This document shows, one piece after another, positions 25,447-36,226 of a stretch of DNA of 53,263 nucleotides; position 1 is the first letter of the stretch; each line of letters begins with the position of its first letter. This stretch comes from Chloroflexota bacterium (GTDB lineage Bacteria; Chloroflexota; Limnocylindria; Limnocylindrales; CSP1-4), in NCBI GenBank assembly GCA_040882425.1, contig JBBEBJ010000197.1:6632-59894 (forward strand). The letters run 5' to 3'. The notes beneath the pieces were generated by a model that was not told the origin of the DNA, did not search any database, and saw only the letters and a program-made list of their open reading frames with translations. The position numbers were made by a program, and so were the translations under genes.

Positions 25447-26211
25447 GTGCGCCCCGCTGAGGCGCTGGCGAGACGGCTCGGCCTGCCAGTTCGCGACCTG
25501 GACCTGCTCGAGCTGGCACTCGTCCACTCGAGCTGGCATCACGAGCACCGCGACGGTGCAGCCGGCCATAACGAGCGGCTCGAGTTTCTCGGGGACGCGG
25601 CGGTCAACCTCGCCATCTCCGAGGCACTCTACCTGCGTCACCCTGGCGACGACGAGGGGTACCTCTCGGCCCGGCGCGCCGCGATCGTCTCCACCGTGGG
25701 CCTGGCCCGCCTGGCCGGGCGCGTCGACCTCGGCAGCTACCTGCTCCTTGGCGAAGGCGAGGCGCAACGCAGCGGTCGGCGCCGGCCGTCGCTCCTCGCC
25801 TCGACGTTCGAGGCCGTCGCCGGCGCCCTCTACCTGGACCTCGGTCTCGACATGGTGCGCGACTGGGTCGTCGCGCTCGCGGAGCCCGAGCTGAGCGCGG
25901 AGGCGCCGATCGGCTCGCTCAAGAGCCCCAAGAGCCGGCTCCAGGAGTACACCCAGCGGCACTCCGGCGAGCGCCCCACGTATCGTCTGCTGGACGCTAC
26001 AGGGCCCGACCACGAGAAGTCCTTCAGGATCGAGGTCTGGGTCGATGGGACCCTGCTCGGCGTCGGTGAGGGCCCGTCACGGCGAACGGCGGAGACGGCC
26101 GCTGCCGCGCAGGCGATGGAGCGGCTGCGTGCCATCGCCGAGGCCGAGCTCGCCGACGCTGCGGCCGGCGCGGCCGACACGACCGGCACGTCGGACGTGG
26201 CTCGTCCATGA
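25447..26211 (+). CDS. rnc: ribonuclease III
   Basis: NERLEFLGDAAVNLAISEAL plus a dsRBD (KSRLQEYTQ...PTYRLLDATGPDHEKSFRIEVWVDG). Start is GTG 25447. The ORF-track start at 25348 overlaps acpP. Confidence 0.92.
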   Translation: MRPAEALARRLGLPVRDLDLLELALVHSSWHHEHRDGAAGHNERLEFLGDAAVNLAISEALYLRHPGDDEGYLSARRAAIVSTVGLARLAGRVDLGSYLLLGEGEAQRSGRRRPSLLASTFEAVAGALYLDLGLDMVRDWVVALAEPELSAEAPIGSLKSPKSRLQEYTQRHSGERPTYRLLDATGPDHEKSFRIEVWVDGTLLGVGEGPSRRTAETAAAAQAMERLRAIAEAELADAAAGAADTTGTSDVARP

Positions 26212-29200
26212 CCATCGAGCACGCGGAGACCAACGGACGACCAACACCCGGACGCCGGGCCGAACCGCGCCTGTTGGCGCTGCGCGTGCACGGCTTCAAG
26301 TCGTTCGCCGAGCGCACCAACGTCGAGTTCGGCCCGGGGATCAGCGCCGTCGTGGGCCCCAACGGGTCCGGCAAGAGCAACCTCGCGGACGCGCTTCGCT
26401 GGGCCCTCGGCGAACAGGGCCGCGCGCTCCGCTCGCGCAAGGCGGAGGACGTCATCTGGGCCGGCTCGGAGAAGCGGCCCGCCCAGGGAATGGCCGACGT
26501 CAGCCTGGTCATCGACAACGCCGACGGGCTGCTCCCCGTGGACTACCAGGTCCTGGAGCTCGGCCGGCGTCTGTACCGATCCGGTGAGAACGACTATCTC
26601 CTCAACAAGACGCGGGTTCGCCTGCGCGAGCTCGTCGACCTGCTCGACTCCGCGCATCTCGCCGACAACGCCTTCCTGTTCATCGGCCAGGGGATGGTCG
26701 ACCAGGCCCTCGCCCTCCGTCCGGAGGAGCGACGTCCGCTGTTCGACGAGGTCGCCGGCGTGCGTCGCCACGAACGTCGGCGGCGGCGGGCCGAGGAACA
26801 GCTCGCCGAGTCGGAGGCCAACCTCGCGCGCGTCGAGGACATCCTGGGCGAGCTGCGGCCGCAGGCCCGGCGCCTGGCCGCCCAGGCGGAACAACAGGCC
26901 TCGCGTGACACGACCGCCGATGAGCTGGCGACCGCGCTGATCGGCACCATGCACGGACGCTGGTTCGAGGCGGCCGCCCGGGTGACATCGACGGCGCAGG
27001 CGCATGCCAGGGCGCGGGCGGACGTGGATCGGGCGCTCGCCGAGCTGGCGGCCGCCGAGACGGCCACGGTCACGCTGGGGCAGGAGCTGTCTGCTCGCGC
27101 CGCCGTCGAGCGGGCGCGCGGCGAGGCGGTCGAAGGGGCGCAGGCGGCGGTGAACACCGCGCAACTGCGCAGCGCACGGCTCGCGTCGGAGTTCGACGCC
27201 ATCGGGCGCGATCGAACCCGCCTCGTGGAAGAGCGATCCGCCGCCGAAGCCGAGCTCGCATCGGCACGCCGGACGCTCGTCGAACCGCTCCCGTCGCGCG
27301 ACCTCGACCTGGAGGCGTCGCTCGGTGAGGCCGAACGAGCGCTGGCCGCGGCCCTCGAGGAATTGGCGGCCCTGCGTGGCGCCCAGCAGGCGCAGGGCCA
27401 GGAACTCGCTGCCACCCGTCGGGCGGCAGCGGCACGCCAGGCTGAGGTGGACACGGCGCGCCGGAGAGTGGCCGACGCCGAGCGCCGACTCGCCGAAGAA
27501 GCCGCACAGGTGGCGGCCGCCACGACACGTCGCGTCGAACTCGACGCGGCGTTTGAAGGCGCCATGGCAACCGTGACCGCGCGCCAGGCGGAGGAGCAAG
27601 CGGTGGCGGAGCGACGCGAGACGGCCCGGGAACGAACGAGGGTCGCCGACGCGACCCGTGCCGCCGCCGACGAACAGGTCGTCCGTGTCGGTGCCTCGCT
27701 GGCCGCGGTGCGCGGTCGCCTGGATGCCCTGACAGCGCGGCTGGCCGACGAGGAAGCCCGTGGCATCGCACGCGCGGCGCGACGCGTGGGTGGTCGTCGG
27801 CTGGACGAGGACCTCGACGTCGATCCTGGATTCAGGCAGGCGGTCGAGGCGGCGTTGGCGGAGGCGACCCGTGCGTATGTCGTCGGCAGCGAGTCCATCG
27901 CGGCGTTGACTGGCGAACGCGGCACGCTCGTCGTCGCGGAGCGCGCCTCCGGACCCACGGGCAGCGAGGACGCGCGCGAGCGCCGCTTCCGCGATCGACT
28001 GCTCTCGGCCGGCGGCGGAACGCTCGACGCCGCCGTCCGGCGCGACCCGAACGGCGCGGCACGACGCCTGCTGGCTCGAGCGGCGTGGCTTCCCGACCTG
28101 GCGGGATGCCTGGCGATCCAGCCGGCCCTGCCGCCGGGCTGGATCGCCGTGCCGCGCGACGGTGGTGCCGTGGTGACCGACCTCGCGGTCGCCCTCGGGG
28201 CGTCGGAGTCGGTTCTCGAACGCCGCGCCGACGTCGTCCGGTTGTCGGCGCAGGCCGAGACGCTCGAAACCGATCTGGCGACGGCGCGCGAGGCGGCCGC
28301 CGCGGCGGCCAGCGAGGCAGCTGACGGCGCCACGGAGATCGAAGCCGCCCGAGCCGACGAGATCCGATCGAGCGCGGCGCGGCGGGCAGCCGAGGAAGGG
28401 GAGCGCCTCGCTGCCCGCCAGCTCGAGACGGTGGCGCGCGAGTCGGCCTGGCACGAAGCGCAGCTCCGTCGCCTGGCCGGCGACCTCCAGCGCGCCCAGG
28501 CGACGCTTGCCACCCTCGAACCGGCAGCGAACGACGGGGACGGCCATGGCGTGGCGGTTCATACGGACGCTGTCGGCGTGGGCGTCGAACCGGGACCGGC
28601 CGGCGCGCCCGATGGGTCCGGGCTCGCGGCGTGGGAGGCCCGGGCGATCGAGCTTCGAGCGCGACGCGATCGGCTCGCGGAGGATCTGGCCGAGCGAGAT
28701 GCCGCTCGGCGCGATGCCGAGCACCGTCGCGCTCGCGCCGATGCCTCCATCGCCATGGCGGAGGAGCGGCTGGCGCGGGCCGAACGCGAGCACGCGTCGC
28801 TCGTCGAGCGCGAGCGGGCGATGCGCGAGGAGCGCGAGGCGCTCCAGGACGAGATCGCCGTCGCCACCTCCCGGGAGACAGCCGCCCGGGAGGCCCTCGC
28901 CGTGGTCCGCGCCGCGGATGCAGCGGATCGCGAGCGGCTCGGTCAGGCGGAAGGGGCCGCCTCAACGGCTCGGGAGCGCCTGCGCATGGCGGACGATCGT
29001 CTGCGCGCGGCCGACCATGCCGATCTCGAGGCCAGGCTCGGGCTCGACGCGCTCCGGGAAGGGATCATCGTGGAGCTGGCCGGGCTCGGAGAGCCCGCGA
29101 TCCGCCATCTGCGAGCGGCCGCGGGCCACGATGAGGATCCCCCGCGCTCCGCACCCGAGGCATCGGTCGACGCGGACGGGTCCGGACCGCGGGCGACGAC

Positions 29201-30029
29201 TCGCGCCGAGGCGTCCGTGATCGCGGGTGGGTCCCTCATCGACGACGACGCCGGGGTCTCCGACGAGGTCGCGGCGCTCGAAGCCGCACTCACCGACGCT
29301 GCCGTCGCCTGGGCCGGCGAGGCGCCGATCGGGCCCGCACCGGGCGCCGCCCGACTCGGGCAATTGCGTCGGCGTTTCCATGAGCTCGGCGCGGTCAATC
29401 CATACGCGGTCGACGAGTACGCGGCGGTCCGGGCGCGCCTGGAGACCATGGAACGGCAGGCGTCGGACCTGCAGACCGCCATCTCGCGGACGCGCGACCT
29501 CATCGTCGAGCTGGACACGATGATCGGGGACCGGTTCCAGGCGACCTTCCGCGCCCTCGAATCGGCCTTCGCCTCGCGGTTCGAGCAACTGTTCGGTGGG
29601 GGGTTCGCCAAGCTGTCGCTCACCGATCCGTCCGACATCGGGGCGAGCGGCATCGAGATCGTCGCCCGCCCGCCCGGCAAGAAGGCGCAGGCGCTGGCCA
29701 TGCTCTCGGGCGGGGAGCGTGCCCTGACCGCGGTTGCCCTCCTGTTCGCCATGCTGCAGGTGCGGCCCGTCCCGTTCTGCGTCCTCGACGAGGTGGATGC
29801 CGCCCTCGACGAGGCAAACATCGGCCGGTTTGCCGATGCGCTCCGCAGCCTGGCCCACCAGACGCAGTTCATCGTGATCACCCACAATCGGGGCACCATC
29901 GAGGCGGCCGACGCCCTGTATGGCGTGACCGCCGGCGATGACTCGGTGAGCCGGGTGATCAGCCTGCGGCTCGACGAAGCACAGGCGCTGGCTGCGCGCG
30001 ATCGAACCGAGCTCGCCCCGGCCGGCTGA
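26208..30029 (+). CDS. smc: chromosome partition protein SMC
   Basis: GPNGSGKSN, long Ala/Arg/Glu coiled coils, a hinge, LSGGERALTAVALLFA and VLDEVDAALD. The ATG overlaps the rnc stop (ATGA). An internal TTG just before ALRVHGFKSF is an alternative start. Confidence 0.93.
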   Translation: MTIEHAETNGRPTPGRRAEPRLLALRVHGFKSFAERTNVEFGPGISAVVGPNGSGKSNLADALRWALGEQGRALRSRKAEDVIWAGSEKRPAQGMADVSLVIDNADGLLPVDYQVLELGRRLYRSGENDYLLNKTRVRLRELVDLLDSAHLADNAFLFIGQGMVDQALALRPEERRPLFDEVAGVRRHERRRRRAEEQLAESEANLARVEDILGELRPQARRLAAQAEQQASRDTTADELATALIGTMHGRWFEAAARVTSTAQAHARARADVDRALAELAAAETATVTLGQELSARAAVERARGEAVEGAQAAVNTAQLRSARLASEFDAIGRDRTRLVEERSAAEAELASARRTLVEPLPSRDLDLEASLGEAERALAAALEELAALRGAQQAQGQELAATRRAAAARQAEVDTARRRVADAERRLAEEAAQVAAATTRRVELDAAFEGAMATVTARQAEEQAVAERRETARERTRVADATRAAADEQVVRVGASLAAVRGRLDALTARLADEEARGIARAARRVGGRRLDEDLDVDPGFRQAVEAALAEATRAYVVGSESIAALTGERGTLVVAERASGPTGSEDARERRFRDRLLSAGGGTLDAAVRRDPNGAARRLLARAAWLPDLAGCLAIQPALPPGWIAVPRDGGAVVTDLAVALGASESVLERRADVVRLSAQAETLETDLATAREAAAAAASEAADGATEIEAARADEIRSSAARRAAEEGERLAARQLETVARESAWHEAQLRRLAGDLQRAQATLATLEPAANDGDGHGVAVHTDAVGVGVEPGPAGAPDGSGLAAWEARAIELRARRDRLAEDLAERDAARRDAEHRRARADASIAMAEERLARAEREHASLVERERAMREEREALQDEIAVATSRETAAREALAVVRAADAADRERLGQAEGAASTARERLRMADDRLRAADHADLEARLGLDALREGIIVELAGLGEPAIRHLRAAAGHDEDPPRSAPEASVDADGSGPRATTRAEASVIAGGSLIDDDAGVSDEVAALEAALTDAAVAWAGEAPIGPAPGAARLGQLRRRFHELGAVNPYAVDEYAAVRARLETMERQASDLQTAISRTRDLIVELDTMIGDRFQATFRALESAFASRFEQLFGGGFAKLSLTDPSDIGASGIEIVARPPGKKAQALAMLSGGERALTAVALLFAMLQVRPVPFCVLDEVDAALDEANIGRFADALRSLAHQTQFIVITHNRGTIEAADALYGVTAGDDSVSRVISLRLDEAQALAARDRTELAPAG

Positions 30030-30031
30030 TC

Positions 30032-30037
30032 TAGGCT
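30032..30037 (+). promoter_or_regulatory. candidate -10 box TAGGCT, 9 nt upstream of the ftsY ATG
   Basis: tcTAGGCTgggcggatcATG, with no GGAG-type SD. Confidence 0.3.
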
Positions 30038-30046
30038 GGGCGGATC

Positions 30047-31108
30047 ATGCCTTTCTGGCGACGCCAAGACGACGAGGCCGCCGAGTCGACCACCACCGAG
30101 CCTGCGGAGCCGGGGCCCGTCGAGCCCGCACCCGAGGACCTCGGCTGGGAACCGGACGCGGCCGATTTCGACGATCCGGCCGCCCAGGCCGCTTCGTCGA
30201 TGACCGTGCGCCAGCCGGCTGCGGCGCTCGATGCAGGTCTGGAGCGCACGCGGGGCGGTTTCATGTCGCGGTTGCGCGGCCTCCTCGGCACGCCCGATGC
30301 GGGCGGACCATCCTGGGATGACGTCGAGGAGACGCTGATCGCCGGGGACGTCGGGGCGGCGCTCGCCATCGAGCTCGTGGAGCGCGCACGTTCCAGGCGC
30401 GACCCGAGCGGCCCGGAGGCGGCGATCCGAGCAGAGCTGGCCGCCCTGCTGGTGGCCCGCGACGTCGATTGGATCCCCCGTCCGGCGACCGGCGACGGGC
30501 CCGCCGTGGTGCTCGTGGTCGGGGTCAACGGGACGGGCAAGACGACGACGATCGGCAAGCTCGCCAGCCGCTGGGCCCGGGACGGGCGGTCGATCATCCT
30601 CGCGGCGGCGGACACGTTCCGTGCCGCCGCCATCGAGCAGCTCAGGATCTGGGCTGAACGCGCCCGTGTCCCGGTGATTGCCCACGCACCCGGTGCCGAC
30701 CCCGGAGCGGTCGTCTACGACGCCCTCGACGCGGCCCTGGCGCGCGGCGCGGACCTGGTCATCGCCGACACGGCCGGCCGGCTGCACACGCGTTCGAACC
30801 TGATGGACGAGCTCGCCAAGATCCGCCGGATCGTGGACAAACGCCTGCCCGGCGCGACGCCCGAGATCCTGTTCGTGCTCGATGCGACGACCGGCCAGAA
30901 CGGGCTGGCGCAGGCCAGGGCGTTCCATGAGGCCGTCGGACTGACCGGGATCGTCCTCACCAAGCTCGACTCGACCGCGAAGGGCGGCATCGTCTTCGCG
31001 ATCGAGGACGCGCTCGGCGTCCCGGTCCGGTTCGTCGGGGTAGGGGAGGGCGTCGGCGACCTGGTCCCCTTCGATCCGGAGGCGTTCGTGGCTGCCCTGT
31101 TCGCCTGA
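30047..31108 (+). CDS. ftsY: signal recognition particle receptor FtsY
   Basis: Acidic N-terminus, [32 protein letters not shown]. Confidence 0.95.
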   Translation: MPFWRRQDDEAAESTTTEPAEPGPVEPAPEDLGWEPDAADFDDPAAQAASSMTVRQPAAALDAGLERTRGGFMSRLRGLLGTPDAGGPSWDDVEETLIAGDVGAALAIELVERARSRRDPSGPEAAIRAELAALLVARDVDWIPRPATGDGPAVVLVVGVNGTGKTTTIGKLASRWARDGRSIILAAADTFRAAAIEQLRIWAERARVPVIAHAPGADPGAVVYDALDAALARGADLVIADTAGRLHTRSNLMDELAKIRRIVDKRLPGATPEILFVLDATTGQNGLAQARAFHEAVGLTGIVLTKLDSTAKGGIVFAIEDALGVPVRFVGVGEGVGDLVPFDPEAFVAALFA

Positions 31109-31125
31109 ACCCGTCGACGGGTTCA
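31106..31125. terminator. perfect 20-bp palindrome TGAACCCGTCGACGGGTTCA; candidate bidirectional terminator hairpin
   Basis: The sequence equals its own reverse complement. Its first 3 nt are the ftsY stop codon (TGA). Its last 3 nt (tca) are the stop codon of the convergent MFS reading frame. Confidence 0.5.
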
Positions 31126-32462
31126 GCCGCCGACGGGCTGGTCGCGTTCCGCACGGACGGCGGCGGCCGCGGCGTCGCGCAGCGGTGTCGCAGTACCGGC
31201 CCCGTCGTCGGGTGCCTGGCCGGGGAGCGTCAGAAGCCCGCGGACCGGCGACGCCCACAGGATCACCGCCGCCAGCAACGCACCGAGTGGCGCGAACCAG
31301 GCTGTAGCGCGCAGCCCGATCGCCTCGGCCAGGAGCCCCGCCCGAGCGTCGCGAGGAGCTGCGCGAGCCCGGAGGCCACCTGGAAGGTCGAGGCCACCCG
31401 TCCGAGCGCCCGGTCGCGGACGAGCGCCTGCCGGACGGACACTTCCGAGATGTCGTACACCGTCATGGCCGAGTCGGCGACGAGCTGCTGCATCACCAGG
31501 CAGCCGATCGCCAGCAGTGGCAGGCCCGCCGGCGCGAGGGGCATGAACGCGTTGCCGATGGCGCACAGGACCATGGCCCAGATGGCGACCCGTCCGATGC
31601 CCCAACGCCGGGTCGCGCGGGACGCCACGACCGCCCCGATGAACGAGGAGAACCCGCCGACACCGGCGACGACACCGAGGATCGCCGGTCCGAGCTCGAG
31701 CTCCTCGAGGACGAACAGGAACCACGTTGCGCCAAAGATCCCCCACAGGGCCGAGAGCGCCATCTGGGCACCGGCGAAGGCGCGGAGCACCGGATCGTGG
31801 ATCACGAGGCGGAGCCCGTCGCGAATCTCGTCGAGCACGGGCTCACGGTCCGCCTTCGGCGGCGGCGGCCCCTCCTCCCGTTTGATCGAGCCGAGCAGGA
31901 GAGCCGAGCCGAGGAAGGACAGCGCGTCGAGGGCGATGACGATCGGCGCGGTCAGCATCTGGACGAGGAAGCCGCTGACCCCGAAGGCCATGAACTCCGA
32001 GACCGAACCGCTCGCTGCCAGAGCGGCGTTGGCATCGACAAGGCGCTCGCGATCGACGATCGTCGGCAGGTAGGCGTTGTCGGCGGCGTCGAAGAAGGTC
32101 GTCAGGATCGCCGCCAGGCCCGCCACGGCCAGGAGTTGCCAGAACGTCAGGGCGCCCAAGGCGAAGGCGACGGGGATCGAGGCCAGCAGCGCCGCCCGAC
32201 CGAGGTCGGCCCAGATCAGGACCGGGCGGCGTCGGAGCCGATCGACCCAGGCGCCGGCGATCAGGCCCACCACGAGCGTCGACCCGAGCTCGACGCTGCG
32301 CAGGATCGCGACCTCGAACGCCCCGGCGCCGAGCACCAGGATCGCGGCGAGCGGCAGCGCGATCCGGGTGACGAGCGAGCCGAAGATCGAGATCGTCGCC
32401 GCGCCCCAGACGCGGACGAAGGCCGTGTTCTTCCAGAGCGGGGAGCCGAACGGATTGCGCAC
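31123..32462 (-). pseudogene. MFS transporter (MFS_3/EntS-like) interrupted by a 1-nt frameshift near 31335-31350
   Basis: GTG 32462 opens MRNPFGSPLWKNTAFVRVWGAATISIFGSL... with about 11 TM segments in the frame of ORF 31263..33002. The last TM (LLAEAIGLRATAWFAPLGALLAAVILWASPV) continues only in the frame of ORF 31123..31746. Total length is 1340 nt, one short of a multiple of 3. Confidence 0.8.
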
Positions 32463-32470
32463 GAGGGCGG

Positions 32471-32476
32471 AGCATA
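32471..32476 (-). promoter_or_regulatory. candidate -10 box TATGCT (- strand), 8 nt upstream of the MFS GTG
   Basis: The - strand reads cgaTATGCTccgccctcGTG, with no SD. Confidence 0.3.
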
Positions 32477-32539
32477 TCGCCCGCGCACGGCCACGAGATC
32501 GGAACGGCGTGGGTTCCGGCGCTTTCGGCTTCCACGCGC

Positions 32540-32545
32540 TAGACT
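32540..32545 (+). promoter_or_regulatory. candidate -10 box TAGACT upstream of ffh
   Basis: cgcgcTAGACTccgg matches the TAGACTCCG string seen upstream of rpmF. It lies about 90 nt upstream of ATG 32637. Confidence 0.3.
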
Positions 32546-32636
32546 CCGGTGGCCTCGGTGCGTCAGAACCCGCGCACCAGCCGGTCCGGCCGTCCGCCGC
32601 TCCGGACCACCATTCGACGGAGTCCCCACCCGGACC

Positions 32637-33971
32637 ATGTTCGACACCTTGAGCGAGCGCCTTCGGGTGACGCTCGGCAACCTGACCGGTCGCGGCCGGA
32701 TCAGCGAAGCCGACGTCGATGCCGCCATGCGCGACGTGCGCCTGGCGCTGCTCGAGGCCGATGTGAACTTTCGCGTCGTCAAGGAGTTCATCGGCCGCGT
32801 CCGCGAGCGGGCCATCGGCCACGAAGTCCTGGCCAGCCTGTCCGCCGGTCAGCAGGTGGTCAAGATCGTCAACGACGAGCTGGTCGAGCTCCTCTCGGCG
32901 GGCGACCGGACCTTCCACCTGAGCGGGAATCCGGCCGTCGTGGCGATGGTCGGCCTCCAGGGATCCGGCAAGACGACGTCCACGGCCAAGCTCGCTCGTC
33001 ACGTCATCAAGCTCGGTCGACGGCCGCTCCTCGTCGCCGCGGATCCCTACCGACCGGCCGCCACCGACCAGCTGCAGACGCTGGGCAAGGCCCTCGACGT
33101 CCCCGTCTACCGGGCGCCCGCAGGCACCGCCGTCGTCGACATCGCGCGCGGCGGCGTCGAGGCCGCCAGGCGACAGGTTCGGGACGTCGTCATCCTCGAC
33201 ACCGCCGGTCGCCTCTCGATCGACGAGGAGCTGATGGCCGAGATCGCCGCCGTCAACGCCGCGGTCAAGCCCGTCGAGACCCTGCTCGTCGTCGATGCGA
33301 TGACCGGCCAGGAGGCCGTTTCAGTCGCGCAGGCGTTCGCCGCGGCGGTCCCGGTGACGGGCCTGATCCTGACCAAGATCGACGGCGATGCGCGGGGCGG
33401 TGCCGCACTCTCGATCTCGGCGGTGACGGGCGTGCCGGTCAAGTTCCTCGGCACGGGTGAGAAGACCGATGCGCTCGAGCTCTTCCACCCGGACCGGCTC
33501 GCGAGCCGGATCCTGGGCATGGGCGACATCCTCACGCTCGTCGAACGTGCCCAGGAGACTGTGGATCAGAGCCAGGCAGCCAGGCTCGAGGAGAAGCTGC
33601 GGAAGGCATCGTTCACGCTGGACGACATGCTTGAATCGATGCAGCAGATGCAGAAGCTGGGGCCGGTCGGCCAGGTCATGTCGATGATCCCGGGGATGGG
33701 CAATCTCGCCGGCGAGGCGCAGGCGGCGGTGGATCGGGGCGACCTGAAGCGGACCGAGGCGATCATCCGCGCGATGACAACCACCGAGCGCCGCGACCCG
33801 AACATCCTGAACGCGTCGCGACGCCGGCGGATCGCCGCCGGCTCGGGCACGAGCCTGCCCGACGTCAATCGACTGGTGAAGCAATTCGGTGAGATGCAGA
33901 AGCTCATGAAGCAGCTCTCCGGCGGCGGCAAGCGAGCCGCCGCTCTTGGAGCGCTGACGGGCCGGCGCTGA
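32637..33971 (+). CDS. ffh: signal recognition particle protein Ffh
   Basis: MFDTLSERL..., GLQGSGKTTSTAKLA, DTAGRL, TKIDGDARGGAALS and M-domain GMGDILTLVE. The ORF-track start at 31797 is antisense to the MFS gene and is an artefact. Confidence 0.95.
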   Translation: MFDTLSERLRVTLGNLTGRGRISEADVDAAMRDVRLALLEADVNFRVVKEFIGRVRERAIGHEVLASLSAGQQVVKIVNDELVELLSAGDRTFHLSGNPAVVAMVGLQGSGKTTSTAKLARHVIKLGRRPLLVAADPYRPAATDQLQTLGKALDVPVYRAPAGTAVVDIARGGVEAARRQVRDVVILDTAGRLSIDEELMAEIAAVNAAVKPVETLLVVDAMTGQEAVSVAQAFAAAVPVTGLILTKIDGDARGGAALSISAVTGVPVKFLGTGEKTDALELFHPDRLASRILGMGDILTLVERAQETVDQSQAARLEEKLRKASFTLDDMLESMQQMQKLGPVGQVMSMIPGMGNLAGEAQAAVDRGDLKRTEAIIRAMTTTERRDPNILNASRRRRIAAGSGTSLPDVNRLVKQFGEMQKLMKQLSGGGKRAAALGALTGRR

Positions 33972-33991
33972 GCCGGTAGAGGGGAGTCACC

Positions 33992-35923
33992 ATGACCGAC
34001 GATCTCGAGCAGACGACCATCACGCCCAAGGGGACCTCCGAACCGGCCACCGAGCCGGGGCCCGCGACGGACTACGAACCGGCCCCCGAGGCGGCGCCGG
34101 CAACTGACTTCGAACCGGCTGCTGCTGCGGCGGCGCAGGCGACGGAGCCGTACGAACCGGCCGCGGATGCGGCGCCGGCGACCACCGTCCTGGCGCCCGG
34201 TGCGACGGCCAGCGGAAACCGACGCTGGGTCATCGCCGCCGGCGTCGTCGGCGTCCTCGTCGTGGCGTCCGCCCTGGCGTTCAGCCTGTTCACCGGCCGC
34301 TCGGCCAGCGCAGTCGTCCTCGGCTACGTCCCGAGCGATTCGATCATGTACGGCGAGATCCGCATGGACCTGCCGGGCGACCAGCGCGCCGCGGTTGGCG
34401 AATTCCTCTCGAAGTTCCCAGGTTTCGCCGACCAGTCCACGATCGACACCAAGATCGACGAGGTCCTCGACCGGCTGGTCGGTGGCGCAACTGACGGCGC
34501 GCAGTCCTTCAGCTCCGACATCAAGCCGTGGTTCGGAGGCGAGGTAGCGTTCAGCGTCGGCGCGCTCCCGGATCCCGACACGCTCGAATCGCCCGACGCG
34601 AGGATGGATGCCGCTCGCTTCCTCGCGCTCCTGTCGGTGAAGGATGAGGCGACGGCCCTGGCCTGGTTCGACTCGGTCATCGTCGAAGCCGGGAGTGGAT
34701 CCCAGCGGTCGAGCGAGGCGTACGGCGACACCACGATCTACCACTTTGTCGGGCCGAACGAGCCACCGGGCGCGTACGCCTTGCTCGACGGCAAGGTCGC
34801 CGTGATCGGCGATCCCGCGTCCGTCCGAGCGGCCGCGGACACCGGCGGTAGCGGCAGCTTCGGCGCCACCCCGGAATTCAAGGCGGCCCTGGACGCCACG
34901 ACCGGCGATCACGTCGGGTTCATGTACATCGCGCTGCGCCCGCTCCTCGAGTGGTCGAGCGGCCTGACCGGCGAGGCCATCCCGGGCGGTCTCAGCGGCG
35001 ACGTGCTGACCGGCCTCATCCCGGACTGGACGGCATTCGCCCTCCGGGTCGAAGGCGACGCGCTTCGCATGGAGACCGTGGCCCCGAAGCCCGAAGGCGA
35101 GACGGCCGCATTGCAGGTTTCGACCGTCGCTGAACACGTCCCGAGTACCGCCATCGCGCTCTCGGTCAGCAACGACTACGGTGAGGGGATCCTGTCGACC
35201 CTCGACACCTACCGGGCAGAGCCGAGCCTGAAGGACGTCATCGACTCGGTCGACCAGGCGATCGGCCTCCTGGGCGGGGCCGATGCCGCGGTCGGCTGGA
35301 TCGGCGATCTCGGCGTGGCGGTCACCCGGACAGAGACCGGCGTCGAGGGCGGCCTCGTCATCACGCCGACGGACCGTGCAGCCGCCGATCGGCTGTTCAC
35401 GAGCTTGCGGACGCTGATCTCGCTCGGCGGCAGCGCGATGGGGATCACCGTCAGGGACGAGGCGTACGCCGGCACCACGATCACGATCGTGGATCTCGGC
35501 GACCTGACCGACCTCGCGGGCCTGGCCGGCGACGCGGGTGTCCCCCCGGAGGCGCTCGGCACGGACCTGCCGGCGGGTCGTATCGAGCTGGCCTACGCCG
35601 TCACGGACCAGGTCGTGGTCATCGGATCGGGCCCCGGCTTCGTGAGGAGTGTCCTGGACACGACGCCGGCAACGTCCCTGGCCCAGAACGAGCGCTACAA
35701 GGCGCTGGTCTCGAGGGCCGGCGCTGGGACCGGGAGCAGCTTCGCCGACATCACCGCGATCCGCGAGATGATCGAAGGGGCCATGGTCAACGCCGACGCC
35801 GGCGAACGCATCGAGTACGAAGAGAATATCAAGCCGTTCCTCACGCCCCTCGATGCACTTGTCGGATCGAGCGCAATCCAGGGCGACGTGAATCGCTCCA
35901 CCGTCATCATCACCGTCAAGTAG
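33992..35923 (+). CDS. membrane-anchored protein with a large extracytoplasmic domain, DUF3352-like
   Basis: GGGGAG SD is present. It has an acidic Pro/Ala-rich N-terminus, one TM segment ([24 protein letters not shown]) and a ~540-aa domain ([26 protein letters not shown]). The family assignment is from memory only. Confidence 0.6.
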   Translation: MTDDLEQTTITPKGTSEPATEPGPATDYEPAPEAAPATDFEPAAAAAAQATEPYEPAADAAPATTVLAPGATASGNRRWVIAAGVVGVLVVASALAFSLFTGRSASAVVLGYVPSDSIMYGEIRMDLPGDQRAAVGEFLSKFPGFADQSTIDTKIDEVLDRLVGGATDGAQSFSSDIKPWFGGEVAFSVGALPDPDTLESPDARMDAARFLALLSVKDEATALAWFDSVIVEAGSGSQRSSEAYGDTTIYHFVGPNEPPGAYALLDGKVAVIGDPASVRAAADTGGSGSFGATPEFKAALDATTGDHVGFMYIALRPLLEWSSGLTGEAIPGGLSGDVLTGLIPDWTAFALRVEGDALRMETVAPKPEGETAALQVSTVAEHVPSTAIALSVSNDYGEGILSTLDTYRAEPSLKDVIDSVDQAIGLLGGADAAVGWIGDLGVAVTRTETGVEGGLVITPTDRAAADRLFTSLRTLISLGGSAMGITVRDEAYAGTTITIVDLGDLTDLAGLAGDAGVPPEALGTDLPAGRIELAYAVTDQVVVIGSGPGFVRSVLDTTPATSLAQNERYKALVSRAGAGTGSSFADITAIREMIEGAMVNADAGERIEYEENIKPFLTPLDALVGSSAIQGDVNRSTVIITVK

Positions 35924-35961
35924 GGCCCAGGAGCCCGCTACAGAGGAGGAAGCAGCAGCCC

Positions 35962-36216
35962 ATGGCAGTCCGAATCCGGCTGACGCGCGTCGGCGCGACG
36001 AAGCAGCCAACGTACCGGGTCGTCGTCGCCGACGGCCGAAGCGCCCGCGACGGGCGTTCCATCGAGACCCTTGGCCACTACAACCCGCGGACCGATCCGA
36101 TCGAGTTCCAGGTCGACGCCGACAAGGCCAAGGCATGGCTCGCCAAGGGCGCGCAGCCGTCCGACACGGTGCTCCGGCTCTTCCGCCAGGCGGGCATCGT
36201 GCCCGCGACCAAGTAG
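35962..36216 (+). CDS. rpsP: 30S ribosomal protein S16
   Basis: [33 protein letters not shown] is upstream. Confidence 0.96.
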   Translation: MAVRIRLTRVGATKQPTYRVVVADGRSARDGRSIETLGHYNPRTDPIEFQVDADKAKAWLAKGAQPSDTVLRLFRQAGIVPATK

Positions 36217-36226
36217 GGAGCCGACG

